Positions 9,716 through 19,645 of a stretch of 64,000 nt of DNA are shown piece by piece (position 1 is the stretch's first letter; every line of letters starts with the position of its first letter). The DNA comes from Vibrio sp. Of7-15 (GTDB lineage: Bacteria; Pseudomonadota; Gammaproteobacteria; Enterobacterales; Vibrionaceae): assembly GCF_022347565.1 (NCBI RefSeq), contig NZ_JAKRGH010000025.1:1-64000 (forward strand), in the 5' to 3' direction. Below the pieces are notes generated by a model that was not told where the DNA came from, searched no databases, and worked only from the letters and a program-made list of their open reading frames with translations. Both the position numbers and the translations under genes were made by a program.

Positions 9716-9789
9716 TTTTAAGATGGGAATCGAACCCATGACAAACGAACCTTTAGTTCGCCGCTCTACCAAACTGAGCTACTTAAATG
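9716..9789 (-). ncRNA. tRNA-like RNA (complete cloverleaf mimic); candidate Y-RNA/YrlA-like module, not a canonical tRNA
   Basis: Minus-strand read: ATTTAAG-T-A-GCTC-AGTTTGGTA-GAGC-G-GCGAA-CTAAAGG-TTCGT-TTGTC-ATGGG-TTCGATT-CCCAT-CTTAAAA. The D-arm (AGCTCAGTTTGGTAGAGC) and T-arm (GGGTTCGATTCCC) are canonical. Against a real tRNA: the acceptor stem is AT-rich with an A1-A72 mismatch, no CCA is encoded, and the anticodon loop reads AAA. Confidence 0.55.
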
Positions 9790-9885
9790 GTTGTTTGACC
9801 CATTGATTCGGCATACGCCTTTGCATGGCTTGGCGCACCGAAGTGACTTTTTGAATCACACCTCATGAATCAGACACTGAAGTAA

Positions 9886-9903
9886 TTACAAGTCACGTGC
9901 CAA
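9886..9903 (-). promoter_or_regulatory. Sigma-54 (-24/-12) promoter candidate for the tRNA-like RNA and SPFH-rtcB-rtcA transcript
   Basis: Minus strand reads TTGGCACGTGACTTGTAA, i.e. TGGCACG-N4-TTGT against consensus TGGCACG-N4-TTGCW. The GG and the spacing are preserved; the -12 element is GT instead of GC. It lies divergent from RtcR, a sigma54 activator, and about 90 nt upstream of the tRNA-like element. Confidence 0.5.
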
Positions 9904-10051
9904 CATAGATAAAAACCCTCAAATTAATTTATAAGCCTTTGTTAATGATGAGAAATAAATAGATCTAGATGGATTTTCTATAAAATAAGATTGAAAATGA
10001 AATAGCAGAAAGTTACCTTTAAAGATAGGAGTATATCTATTTGGATAGGGC

Positions 10052-11653
10052 ATGAAGAAGAATACCATCGTTGTTAGTTTGCTGGGCACACAGTTAGACT
10101 ATGTAGGGAAAAGAGCTGATCGGTGGGAAAAATGGCGACCCAACGTGAGCCTGTGTAGCCAAGAAAACTTTCTCGTCCATCACCTGCACCTACTGCACGA
10201 TCACCATAAGAACAACCTCGCGAGTACAATCAGCGAAGATATAAAGTCGGTTTCCCCTGAAACCACCACTCATTTGCATACCATCAACTTTACTGATCCT
10301 TGGGATTTTGAAGAGGTGTATGCCAAGTTATTCGATTGGTGCCAACAACAAGAGTTTGATACGGATAACAACGACTATTTATTTCACATCACCACTGGCA
10401 CTCACGTGGTTCAAATATGCAGTTACTTACTCACCGAAAGTCGCCATTTTCCGGGTCGTCTTATTCAAACTGCACCGGACAGTAAAAATAAGAACAAATC
10501 GGTTGGTTATGTTCAAATTATTGATTTGGATTTATCGAAATACGATCAGCTGGCCACACGTTTTGACGTAGAGCACCTTGAAGGTAAAGAGTTTCTAAAA
10601 GATGGTATTGAGACTAAGAACAAAGCCTTTAACAAGCTGATCACTCAAATAGAGAAAGTGGCGATTCGATCCCATGATCCAATGCTATTAACCGGGCCAA
10701 CAGGGGCAGGAAAAAGTCAGTTAGCCACACGGATCTACCAACTAAAGAAGAAGCGTTCCATGCTCACTGGCCCTTTAGTTTCTGTCAACTGTGCCACGTT
10801 AAAAGGTGACAATGCCATGGCTGCGTTATTTGGCCATACCAAAGGGGCATTTACTGGCGCTCTAAAATCACGAGATGGCTTTTTACTGACCGCCCATCAA
10901 GGCGTTTTGTTTCTCGATGAAATCGGTGAGCTGGGGTTAAAAGAGCAAGCCATGTTACTGCATGCCATCGAAAATAAAACCTTTCACCCAGTGGGCAGTG
11001 ATACCCCTGTACAAAGTGATTTCCAACTCATTGCTGGCACTAACAGAAACCTCAAGCAAGACATTGAAAAAGGCCTGTTCCGAGAGGATTTACTGGCTCG
11101 CATCAACCTGTGGACGTACGAGTTACCCGCTTTAAAAGACAGAAAGGAAGACATACCCGCTAACGTAGAGTATGAAATGGAGCGATTTGCTAAAAATTCC
11201 GGGCAACGGGTGCAATTTAACAAAGAAGCCAAAAGTGCCTTCATTGATTTTGCCACTTCCGCCCAAGCTCTGTGGTCGGGTAATTTTCGCGATCTCAGCT
11301 CAGCCATCACAAGGCTCTGTACTTTGGCCGACTCTTCACGAATTACGGTTGATGACGTCACCGATGAAATAGCGAGACTAAAACAGTCTTGGTATCCTGT
11401 TAAGCCACAAACATCAACAAGGCACCTAGACAAATACCTCTCTGATAATCAGCTCACTCAACTGGATCAATTTGATGCCAACCAGCTTAATTATGTACTC
11501 GGTATTTGTCAGCAACACAGCAGCATGGCATCTGCTGGCAGAGAGCTATTTAATGTCAGCCGTACAATGAAGTCGCAGCCGAACGATTCCAGTCGATTAC
11601 AAAAATACTTGGCTAAATTTGGGTTAAAATGGAAAGACATATCCAGCCATTAA
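10052..11653 (+). CDS. rtcR: Sigma-54-dependent transcriptional activator RtcR (CARF-like N-domain, AAA+ sigma54-interaction domain, C-terminal HTH)
   Basis: GPTGAGKSQLA is the Walker A and GAFTGA-like HTKGAFTGA is the sigma54-contact motif; GVLFLDEIGEL is the Walker B. Length is 533 aa, and it is divergent from the rtc operon. Confidence 0.9.
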   Translation: MKKNTIVVSLLGTQLDYVGKRADRWEKWRPNVSLCSQENFLVHHLHLLHDHHKNNLASTISEDIKSVSPETTTHLHTINFTDPWDFEEVYAKLFDWCQQQEFDTDNNDYLFHITTGTHVVQICSYLLTESRHFPGRLIQTAPDSKNKNKSVGYVQIIDLDLSKYDQLATRFDVEHLEGKEFLKDGIETKNKAFNKLITQIEKVAIRSHDPMLLTGPTGAGKSQLATRIYQLKKKRSMLTGPLVSVNCATLKGDNAMAALFGHTKGAFTGALKSRDGFLLTAHQGVLFLDEIGELGLKEQAMLLHAIENKTFHPVGSDTPVQSDFQLIAGTNRNLKQDIEKGLFREDLLARINLWTYELPALKDRKEDIPANVEYEMERFAKNSGQRVQFNKEAKSAFIDFATSAQALWSGNFRDLSSAITRLCTLADSSRITVDDVTDEIARLKQSWYPVKPQTSTRHLDKYLSDNQLTQLDQFDANQLNYVLGICQQHSSMASAGRELFNVSRTMKSQPNDSSRLQKYLAKFGLKWKDISSH

Positions 11654-11713
11654 CCATAACGCAATTTAAATTCAGCAAACAGAAACTAGACGACTGGTCT
11701 AATTTGTTTTATA

Positions 11714-12313
11714 GTGCCCAACATGAACACAAAAACAAACGATACACGACAGCATATTCTTGATGTTGGTTACCAATTGGTGGTATCCAAAGGCTTCACC
11801 AGTGTGGGCTTATCTGCACTATTAAAAGAAGCGGATGTCCCAAAAGGCTCTTTTTACCATTACTTTAAGTCTAAAGAGCAATTTGGTGAGGCATTGATCC
11901 AAGATTACTTCCAACAATACCTAGAGCGTATTTCTGCTTTGCTGATAGATGCACCGGGGACAGGATTGGAACGAGTGACTGATTATTTCTCTCGCTGGAT
12001 GCAAGTAGAAAATGGCGTATGCAACGCCAACAGATGCTTAGTTGTTAAGCTGAGTGCGGAAGTCTCTGATCTTTCTGATCCCATGCGATCAGCCCTACAA
12101 ACGGGTGCCGATAAGGTAATAAACACCATTGCGACTTGTATTGAAACGGGTATTCAAGATGGCTCAATCGCAAGTATAGATAGCAAAACAATGGCCCAAA
12201 CACTATATCAGCTTTGGCTTGGGGCCAGCTTACTGAATAAACTAAACCAAGATTTATCAGGCTTGCAACAAGCACTTGAAACAACCAAAAAGATCTTAAC
12301 GAACCGTATGTAA
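11714..12313 (+). CDS. TetR/AcrR family transcriptional regulator
   Basis: N-terminal HTH GFTSVGLSALLKEADVPKGSFYHYFKSKEQ. Length is 199 aa. Confidence 0.85.
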   Translation: MPNMNTKTNDTRQHILDVGYQLVVSKGFTSVGLSALLKEADVPKGSFYHYFKSKEQFGEALIQDYFQQYLERISALLIDAPGTGLERVTDYFSRWMQVENGVCNANRCLVVKLSAEVSDLSDPMRSALQTGADKVINTIATCIETGIQDGSIASIDSKTMAQTLYQLWLGASLLNKLNQDLSGLQQALETTKKILTNRM

Positions 12314-12440
12314 ACCTGACCACCAGCAGATTGACACCCGTTCGATTAAACAGCTTACAACCCGCCAATTGCTGGCGGGATTTTTTGAAACAAACACTAG
12401 ACGACCGGTCTAATCAATAAAATACACATAAGGACTCTCC

Positions 12441-13469
12441 ATGACAGAAACAAACCGTAGAATTGTGCTCGCTTCTCGTCCTGTGGGTGCACCAACGACA
12501 GACAACTTCCGTTTAGAGCAAACCGCTATCCCTTCACCACAAGCAGGGGAAATGTTGCTGCGTAGTGTGTACCTGTCGTTAGATCCCTATATGCGTGGCC
12601 GCATGAGTGAGGCAAAATCCTATGCAGATCCCGTAAAAATAGATGAAACCATGGTCGGCGGCACCGTGTGCCAAGTGGTGGAATCACACCACCCTGATTT
12701 TGCTCAAGGTGAATGGGTATTGGCGTTCACGGGTTGGCAAGACTACGGCATTTCCAATGGCGAGGGCGTTATTCGTCTTGGTATGAACCCAAGTCACCCT
12801 TCTTATGCCTTAGGCGTAATGGGCATGCCCGGTTTTACGGCCTACATGGGGCTGCTTGATATTGGTCAGCCAAAACCAAACGACACCATTGTTGTCGGTG
12901 CTGCAACTGGAGCGGTAGGCTCTATGGTGGGTCAAATTGGCAAACTAAAAGGCTGCCGAGTTGTTGGCGTTGCTGGCGGCGAAGAAAAATGCCGCTATGC
13001 CAAAGAGGTATTAGGCTTTGATGAATGTATCGATCATAAAGCCGAAGATTTTGCCGACCAATTGGCCAATGCATGTCACAACGGCATTGATGTGTATTTC
13101 GAAAACGTGGGCGGCAAGATATTTGATGCTGTCATGCCACTGCTGAACACGGGGGCTCGCATTCCATTATGTGGCTTAATCTCTCAATACAATGCTACGG
13201 CGTTACCGGAAGGCCCAGACAGAATGTCGATGTTAATGGGGCAACTGCTGGTTAAGCGCATCAAAATGCAAGGTTTTATCATCTTTGATGACTATGCCCA
13301 CCGTTACAACGAGTTTGCGACTGACATGGCTCAATGGTTGGCAGAAGGAAAAATCCACTACCGAGAGCACCTTGTCGATGGGCTAAATAACGCACCTGAA
13401 GCATTTATTGGCCTACTTGAAGGCAAAAATTTCGGCAAGCTTGTTGTTCAAACCAATCAACCACTGTAA
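12441..13469 (+). CDS. NADP-dependent oxidoreductase (medium-chain dehydrogenase/reductase, YncB/CurA-like)
   Basis: Rossmann motif GAATGAVGSMVGQIGKLKGCRVVG on an MDR fold. Length is 342 aa. Confidence 0.85.
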   Translation: MTETNRRIVLASRPVGAPTTDNFRLEQTAIPSPQAGEMLLRSVYLSLDPYMRGRMSEAKSYADPVKIDETMVGGTVCQVVESHHPDFAQGEWVLAFTGWQDYGISNGEGVIRLGMNPSHPSYALGVMGMPGFTAYMGLLDIGQPKPNDTIVVGAATGAVGSMVGQIGKLKGCRVVGVAGGEEKCRYAKEVLGFDECIDHKAEDFADQLANACHNGIDVYFENVGGKIFDAVMPLLNTGARIPLCGLISQYNATALPEGPDRMSMLMGQLLVKRIKMQGFIIFDDYAHRYNEFATDMAQWLAEGKIHYREHLVDGLNNAPEAFIGLLEGKNFGKLVVQTNQPL

Positions 13470-13479
13470 GGGCACTAAC

Positions 13480-14097
13480 ATGATCACACTACACCATTTA
13501 AATCAATCTCGCTCAAAGCGTATTATCTGGTTGTTGGAAGAGCTTGGCGTTGACTATAACATCGTCCCTTATCAACGAGACAGTGTCACCTTTCTAGCAC
13601 CACCTGAGCTGAAAAGTATTCACCCGTTAGGTAAATCTCCGGTGATTGAAGATCAAGGCATGGTGATCACCGAATCCGGTGCCATTACCGAATATCTGAT
13701 CAACACATACGGCAAAGAGAAGTTTGCTCCAGAATACGGAAGCAAGGCCTACATTGAATATTCACAGTGGTTACATTTTGCTGAAAGTTCGGCCATTTTA
13801 CCCCTGCTTTTGAAGATGTTTGTCGCTAAAGACGGTGTGAAAACCAACTTCTTGGCAGATTATGCCGACGATGAAACCCAAAAAGTGATCAGCTACTTTG
13901 ATCAATCTTTGGAAGGGAAAACCTATTTAGTAGAAGAGCGTTTAACTGGTGCCGATATCATGATGTCGTTCATCGTTGAACTTGTTGAAAAATACGGCAT
14001 GTTCGAGCAATTTGCCAACATTAAACGCTACGCAGCCCAACTGGAAACGCACGATGCCTTCCATAAAGCAGAGCAAGTCGAAGCCCAACATGGTTAA
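13480..14097 (+). CDS. Glutathione S-transferase
   Basis: N-terminal thioredoxin-like GST fold (ITLHHLNQSRSKRIIWLLEELGVDY) and a C-terminal alpha domain. The track ORF begins at 13408; ATG at 13480 is the more likely start and sits just after the upstream stop. Confidence 0.8.
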   Translation: MITLHHLNQSRSKRIIWLLEELGVDYNIVPYQRDSVTFLAPPELKSIHPLGKSPVIEDQGMVITESGAITEYLINTYGKEKFAPEYGSKAYIEYSQWLHFAESSAILPLLLKMFVAKDGVKTNFLADYADDETQKVISYFDQSLEGKTYLVEERLTGADIMMSFIVELVEKYGMFEQFANIKRYAAQLETHDAFHKAEQVEAQHG

Positions 14098-14114
14098 CTA
14101 GAGTGCGTTGTTTT

Positions 14115-14160
14115 CAAAGGGGATTAACTGTCTGTTGATCCCCTTTGCATTTTGGTTTCA
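14115..14160 (+). terminator. Rho-independent terminator after the GST gene
   Basis: A 10-bp inverted repeat CAAAGGGGAT / ATCCCCTTTG with a 13-nt loop, followed by CATTTTGGTTTC. Confidence 0.6.
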
Positions 14161-14266
14161 GCTTTTACTTGTTAACTCCCTAGCTCAGTACCAAGCACGG
14201 CTTTTTCCGCAGCTTTTCCAATCGCCCGTGATCCCATTATGATTCGACATTATTCTTATATCTCAA

Positions 14267-14611
14267 CTAAATCTTCAACACTCTAAATAACCAAGCGGAA
14301 ATCTTTAGCATTAATATGAACACAAAGAAGGAAGCTAGCAAAGTAATCACTAGCATAGTTCCAGGAATCCAATGATTTTCAATTAGACGCCCAGGAGTAT
14401 CAATGTCTAACCCTAGCCATTTAGCCCACACTACTTGTAGAATAAACTCTGAAAATAAAACCATAATCACTGCACTTAAAACTACAAAGCATCCTCGCAA
14501 AAATCGATGGAAAGCATTTTTTCCTTCAGAGATTGAAATAATGTGTTTTGCTGCCATTTTACTTCCTATTTTATAAAGTCTATTTATCTTCTGATAACGA
14601 TGAAATTTCAC
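14267..14611 (-). CDS. Hypothetical small inner-membrane protein
   Basis: Two clear hydrophobic helices (VVLSAVIMVLFSEFILQVVW and MLVITLLASFFVFILML). There is no recognisable family. Confidence 0.4.
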   Translation of the reverse strand: MKFHRYQKINRLYKIGSKMAAKHIISISEGKNAFHRFLRGCFVVLSAVIMVLFSEFILQVVWAKWLGLDIDTPGRLIENHWIPGTMLVITLLASFFVFILMLKISAWLFRVLKI

Positions 14612-14842
14612 ATTGGCTGTTTGAAAATACAGGGAGATGAATCATGTTTTGTGTATAACCGCTTACAAATATGTACGCCAGTTTTTTCCTAAGTATTGGA
14701 ATTCTGGCTTTTCCGAATCGAGCAGATAAAAATAATAAACATCATTAAATTTGCTTCGTAAGGTTGTAATAAAAAGAGAAACAATCACCTTTCACCGCAA
14801 TTAAGGAGAAAAATGATTGCTTTCGATTTTAGGCTGGTGGTG

Positions 14843-15583
14843 TTAATACCAATTTACACCGACGTATTTAAAATCCGGTTTTTCAGTATCAATCAAGTCG
14901 TGATAGAACACATCGTTAAACACGTAATCTATCCAAAACTCTTTGTATGCGTGGTAATAGCCACGAGTGTCGTTGTAATTACTTTCAACATCAAGAGGCG
15001 TGCCATTTTTAACCAATATGTAATCAGCCACATTGATTCCTTTGTATGGCTGATTCGTTTTTATGGCCAAAGTCGTTTCGAAAGGGTTCGCAATCATAGT
15101 TGCAACTGTTGGTGACACGTAAGGTAGGTAGGTATTGAGCTTTTCTATCGTTCTAAGGTGGTAACCACGAGTGTATTGTGATTCTTTTATTTTGGTTGGA
15201 TCTTTTTCATCAAGGTAGGTGGAGCCAATGAAATACATGAGTAATATCATTGCATCCGCATCATTGATGATCTGGGTCTTAAATCGATCCAGTTTACTTT
15301 CCCCAAATCCTAAGACTTTACCTTCATCCCAGTTAACAGGGGCTTTGTGGTATATTCCTCTAGCCATAAAATAGTGAGTCGAGCGTGTATCCATTTCCTT
15401 GATGTGCTCTCTAGAAGGCTTAAGCAGCCGATTTTTCCAATCAACAACATGCTGATAGCTTTCGGCTTCATACTCAAGAGTTTGAGCATCGGGGGTGTTG
15501 GTAAACTGAAGTGCGGCGAGGGTGGAGGCAGTCAGTATGCCAGCGAGCGCTAGGCCGCCGACGATTTTCTTTATTTTTGACAT
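14843..15583 (-). CDS. Hypothetical secreted protein
   Basis: N-terminal signal peptide MSKIKKIVGGLALAGILTASTLAALQ. Length is 246 aa. Confidence 0.5.
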   Translation of the reverse strand: MSKIKKIVGGLALAGILTASTLAALQFTNTPDAQTLEYEAESYQHVVDWKNRLLKPSREHIKEMDTRSTHYFMARGIYHKAPVNWDEGKVLGFGESKLDRFKTQIINDADAMILLMYFIGSTYLDEKDPTKIKESQYTRGYHLRTIEKLNTYLPYVSPTVATMIANPFETTLAIKTNQPYKGINVADYILVKNGTPLDVESNYNDTRGYYHAYKEFWIDYVFNDVFYHDLIDTEKPDFKYVGVNWY

Positions 15584-15787
15584 GGTTATTTTTAAGCTTT
15601 TATTTTTATCAATATTACCGAATGGTCACACTCAGCCATTTAAAAGTCAACAATAACAAATTGATATATAATGAAATTTTACATATAAAAAACGGCTAAT
15701 GATAAATAAAAAGAGCCACCTAGCGCAAACTAAGCAGCTCTTATCAGCAAAGGCTGTAATTACTTCCCAATATTTACCAAGGGCCTG

Positions 15788-17752
15788 TTATTTCGCCAAA
15801 CCAGATAACGTGAACATGCCTCCTCTACCCGAAGACACGGTTACGGAGGTGGTTGACGCTTCTAAATTGAACGGAATTTCCGTGGTGGGATAAGACTCTT
15901 TTACGACTAGCTGACCAGCATAATCCAAACTAAAGGCTGTTACCGCAGCGGTCTGACCCACATAAACCGTGTCATTATTGCCATCTAATGACCAAACATT
16001 GTGATATTCGCTGGGTAAATTCACTTTAGAGATCTGAGTTGGGTTGGTAATATCCGTTAAATCGACCGACACGACCGCTCGGCCGTCGAGGTTATTACAA
16101 CCCAGTACACCCACTTTATCTTTTGCTCTCATCCAAACGCCCATTACCGCATCGCAGCCTTCAAAGTGCCCAACCACCTGAGGGTTGGAAGGATCCAACG
16201 TATCTACCATCATTAGGCCACTTGTCGTGCCAAGAAGTAAGGTCGAATCCACCGCATGTAAATCTTTCACTTGAGCAGACATACCCAAATTATACTGGCT
16301 CAGTAATTGGGGGCTTGATGGCTCTGTAATGTCATAAGTCCATAAAGTGCCACCATTGGTGGTTTGCCCTACGTATAAATTATTTCCGGCAATAGATAGT
16401 GAAGAAGGAAAGCCATTAACCCACAGATTCGTGAGCAGTGAAGGCTCCGTTGGATCAGCCACATCGACCACAGACAATGCACCCGCCCAATCGGCTAAAT
16501 ACACGGTATCGCCTTTCTTTTTAATATCTTCAACAACAGCGCTACGGAGGAAATTTAAACGGCCAACATCCTGCTTATTTTTCCCCATCACTCGTAAACC
16601 GTTAATATTATCGGCCGCATAAACATAACCCTCGTCAGATACCGTTGACATGCATGCGGTACATCCCGCAAGTTCCACGGTATGGTTAACAACGGTTTCT
16701 TGATCTGACACTTCACCCTGATACAAATAGCCCTTATCAGACATAGCAACGATATGCCCTTCTGCCCCTTTGGTGATGCTGGTGACTCTTTTCATGGGTG
16801 TTGGATCAAGACCAATCAAGTGATGAGTGAACGCATCATATTGACGAAGCCCCTCTTCACTGGCAGTGTAAATGCGCCCATTTTCAGAAAATATGGCCTG
16901 ACTCTTATTCTGAGTAGCAAACAATTCTACTGGCTGGTGAATATCGTCAATATTATACGCGATGTACCTTTCATCGACAGTTTGAATATGCGCCGTGATC
17001 GCACCATTTTCTAAGTTTTGCTGAAAGGTTGCGTCTTTCGCAAACGGAACTTGTCCGTAACCCATTGGGCGTAATGTGTTTGCGTCAAACTGATAAATAT
17101 AAGAGTACCCGCCAGTTATTCCTGTATTAAAGGTAAATAGAAAATCCCCTCTCTTTTCTATCGCTTGCCCCTTAGCAAAAGCCGCACTCGCAATCAGCTC
17201 TGGCTTTTTGGGGTAAGAAATATCAAAAGCAAACATACCCAAATTGCTGTCTAACAAATACAACGTATTCCCTTCGATGAAAATATCTTCTGGTACACGA
17301 AGGCTGCCTTCCACTCCGTACACAAGCTCTGTTTTGTATTTCAGATCATAGTCGGATTCCATATCGAAAATATGTACGCCGCCACTAAAATCATTGTATC
17401 CAGCCGATGCGACAAATAAGGTATCCTTTTTATGCTTCGCAATCGCCGTCACCACACCCGGTAACGCATCCGTTTGCCCTTTCCATTTCGGCTCTTTATT
17501 ACGCTTAATGTCTCGAATAACCACTTTAGGGCCTTCACCAGAGTAAATGACGCCATTTTTATCGATAAATGATGCAATAACTTCACCACCAGATTGCTCT
17601 ACTTCAATATGCTGTCTCAACGAAGTTCTGTTTTCTAATTGAAACTCCGCCAATACCGGTGCAGTAAAAGCCGCGCTAGAAATAACGCTGCACGTGATGA
17701 TTTGACTTAACAGTGTTGATTTAAATTGTGTCTTGCAAAAATCGATATTCAT
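15788..17752 (-). CDS. Secreted LVIVD-repeat beta-propeller protein
   Basis: A signal peptide, then repeated units of the LVIVD type (LYLLDSNLGMFAFDISYPKKPELIAS, VYLADWAGALSVVDVADPTEPSLLT, LYVGQTTNGGTLWTYDITEPSSPQLL). Length is 654 aa. Confidence 0.65.
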   Translation of the reverse strand: MNIDFCKTQFKSTLLSQIITCSVISSAAFTAPVLAEFQLENRTSLRQHIEVEQSGGEVIASFIDKNGVIYSGEGPKVVIRDIKRNKEPKWKGQTDALPGVVTAIAKHKKDTLFVASAGYNDFSGGVHIFDMESDYDLKYKTELVYGVEGSLRVPEDIFIEGNTLYLLDSNLGMFAFDISYPKKPELIASAAFAKGQAIEKRGDFLFTFNTGITGGYSYIYQFDANTLRPMGYGQVPFAKDATFQQNLENGAITAHIQTVDERYIAYNIDDIHQPVELFATQNKSQAIFSENGRIYTASEEGLRQYDAFTHHLIGLDPTPMKRVTSITKGAEGHIVAMSDKGYLYQGEVSDQETVVNHTVELAGCTACMSTVSDEGYVYAADNINGLRVMGKNKQDVGRLNFLRSAVVEDIKKKGDTVYLADWAGALSVVDVADPTEPSLLTNLWVNGFPSSLSIAGNNLYVGQTTNGGTLWTYDITEPSSPQLLSQYNLGMSAQVKDLHAVDSTLLLGTTSGLMMVDTLDPSNPQVVGHFEGCDAVMGVWMRAKDKVGVLGCNNLDGRAVVSVDLTDITNPTQISKVNLPSEYHNVWSLDGNNDTVYVGQTAAVTAFSLDYAGQLVVKESYPTTEIPFNLEASTTSVTVSSGRGGMFTLSGLAK

Positions 17753-18377
17753 GAGTAAACCTTTGATTCCTTGTATAACGTTGTCAACTAATTACTCGAA
17801 AACAACCTACTAATAATCAGCTACTTATAGATAAATGGTGTCTTGCTTTATCCGGTATAAAGTGAGAAGCATGAATGTTATTCTTTGTTTCTTAGGCTTT
17901 CATTTTTCCTAAAAACACAACCAAACAGCATGCATGACGGTATTATCATCCATAAACTTACTAAAGTTTATTCATTTCTTTAATTCCATTTACAGAATGA
18001 GATTCCAGATATAATGAAATGTAATAACAGTGAATTATCACTAGAGTTTAGTGTGCGTAGCATCAAAAGAAATGGCTCAATTACAAAAGGAGCTATGAAT
18101 AAAAGATATCGCCCTACCTTATTTCTGAATGGCACAACTGAGGATAACTCGCCAAACATGTCACGAAGGTTTCGTTCGTCTAGCGATGGACTGTGACTCA
18201 AATCGGCTCGTTTTTTATAAAACTGGCTTAACATCACCATACACAATGTGAACACTTGTCGACCCCAATCAAGTTTCGCATAATCCCCCTTTCTATTTCT
18301 AATTCCTTCAATCTCATAGATTTTCTTTCAAATAACACTATGGTTTGGAGTAACAATCATCAATAGCAGTAATTAAA

Positions 18378-19073
18378 ATGGCTAAAAAAAACAAATCTCG
18401 GGCTAACAGATCAAAGAAAACCAACAAACCACATCACCAAGGGCAACGTGCTACAACAAAAAATCAAAAAGAAAAAACGCGAGGCAAGTGGAAACTGCGG
18501 CTGGGGGTAGTTGCAGTGTTGGTTGTAGCCTTCTTAGGTTTAAGTTGGTACAACTCCCCAACTAACTATGTTTTTCGCATGAACATGTGGGATTTGGTCA
18601 ATGATGAGGCAAGATACGATCGTCCACGAGAATACCTGCACATGGTTGCTGAAGGTAAAACTGACGAGCTACACAATCGTATTACCACCATCATCGAAAA
18701 CAACGGTTTGTCCACAGATTTGACACTAAATACGCTCTTCAAAGATCACCCTCAAATCACTGATTTTGCCGTAAGGGAGATTGACTCTTTTCGCGATATC
18801 GATGGTGAAAGTAAACCCGTGACCGTAGTCAGCATTACATTCTATGAAAAAAGCCGCTATATCTATCGTGTGCTTGAATTCTCAATGTATAACCCATTCT
18901 TCTTGCCGATTCCACTCCACTATGAAATGGTCTCTGCCGCAGGGGTTCGATCGCACAAAGATGAAGAAGGTGAACTGCACGTAAATCGTGGCATAAACCC
19001 TTTCGCGATCATGGCTGATTTCTACAACGATGAGTTTTCCAGCGAAGGCTATCTCGCTCTTCCTGAAAACTAA
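18378..19073 (+). CDS. Hypothetical membrane-anchored protein with a highly basic N-terminus
   Basis: N-terminal K/R-rich tail (KKNKSRANRSKKTNKPHHQGQR), one TM (LRLGVVAVLVVAFLGLSWY), then a soluble domain. Confidence 0.45.
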   Translation: MAKKNKSRANRSKKTNKPHHQGQRATTKNQKEKTRGKWKLRLGVVAVLVVAFLGLSWYNSPTNYVFRMNMWDLVNDEARYDRPREYLHMVAEGKTDELHNRITTIIENNGLSTDLTLNTLFKDHPQITDFAVREIDSFRDIDGESKPVTVVSITFYEKSRYIYRVLEFSMYNPFFLPIPLHYEMVSAAGVRSHKDEEGELHVNRGINPFAIMADFYNDEFSSEGYLALPEN

Positions 19074-19093
19074 GAATAAAAGTAGATCATAAT

Positions 19094-19127
19094 GCAATCT
19101 AAGCTCGCTCGTCTGGGCTTAGATTGC
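19094..19127. terminator. Bidirectional hairpin terminator between convergent genes
   Basis: An 11-bp inverted repeat GCAATCTAAGC / GCTTAGATTGC with a 12-nt loop. Confidence 0.45.
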
Positions 19128-19153
19128 AATATAAACGATTCATTTTCCTCTTT

Positions 19154-19588
19154 TCATCCCGAAAAAGTGTATTCATAAAAGTCGGTTAATTCATGCTTGG
19201 GATTTTTACTCAAAAACCGCCAACCGCATTTTCTATAATGATTCAGTGCGCGTTCATTACTTCGACTTACCGACAAAATGACTCCTTGGCAACCTCTCGC
19301 CCGCAGTTGTGCCTCAATATAAGGCAAAATTGATGAGGCAACCCCAGTCCCTCGATAGTCAGGCACCACATAAACTAAGTGAACGTAGCCGTAATCAGGT
19401 TTAAACGAAAAGGTCTTAAACTCTAATTGACCGACTATACGGTCATGGTGCCAAATATGAACATAAAACCATTCAGGAGAGCCCATCCGCGTTGTGATTT
19501 TATCTTGATAACCAATAACACTTTGCTCGTACCCTTCCAGTGTACCGAAACTGCAAAAATACGAGTCTTTTCTAAACTCATAACACAT
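19154..19588 (-). CDS. GNAT family N-acetyltransferase
   Basis: Acetyl-CoA-binding motif RGTGVASSIL...GCQGVILSV. Length is 144 aa. Confidence 0.8.
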   Translation of the reverse strand: MCYEFRKDSYFCSFGTLEGYEQSVIGYQDKITTRMGSPEWFYVHIWHHDRIVGQLEFKTFSFKPDYGYVHLVYVVPDYRGTGVASSILPYIEAQLRARGCQGVILSVSRSNERALNHYRKCGWRFLSKNPKHELTDFYEYTFSG

Positions 19589-19645
19589 TTAAAAATGCTG
19601 TTCGGTATCGATATCTTTAAATGTAACGTCCATGTTTACCTTTAT

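Noticed and set aside
9716-9789. Possibility that the cloverleaf is an ordinary tRNA-Phe gene.
   Set aside because: The acceptor stem is AT-rich with an A-A mismatch at 1-72, no CCA is encoded, and the anticodon reads AAA rather than GAA. It is called tRNA-like rather than tRNA.
17980-18255. Minus-strand 91-aa ORF upstream of the 18378 gene.
   Set aside because: No signal or family was found, and it sits in the promoter region of neighbouring genes. It is likely spurious.
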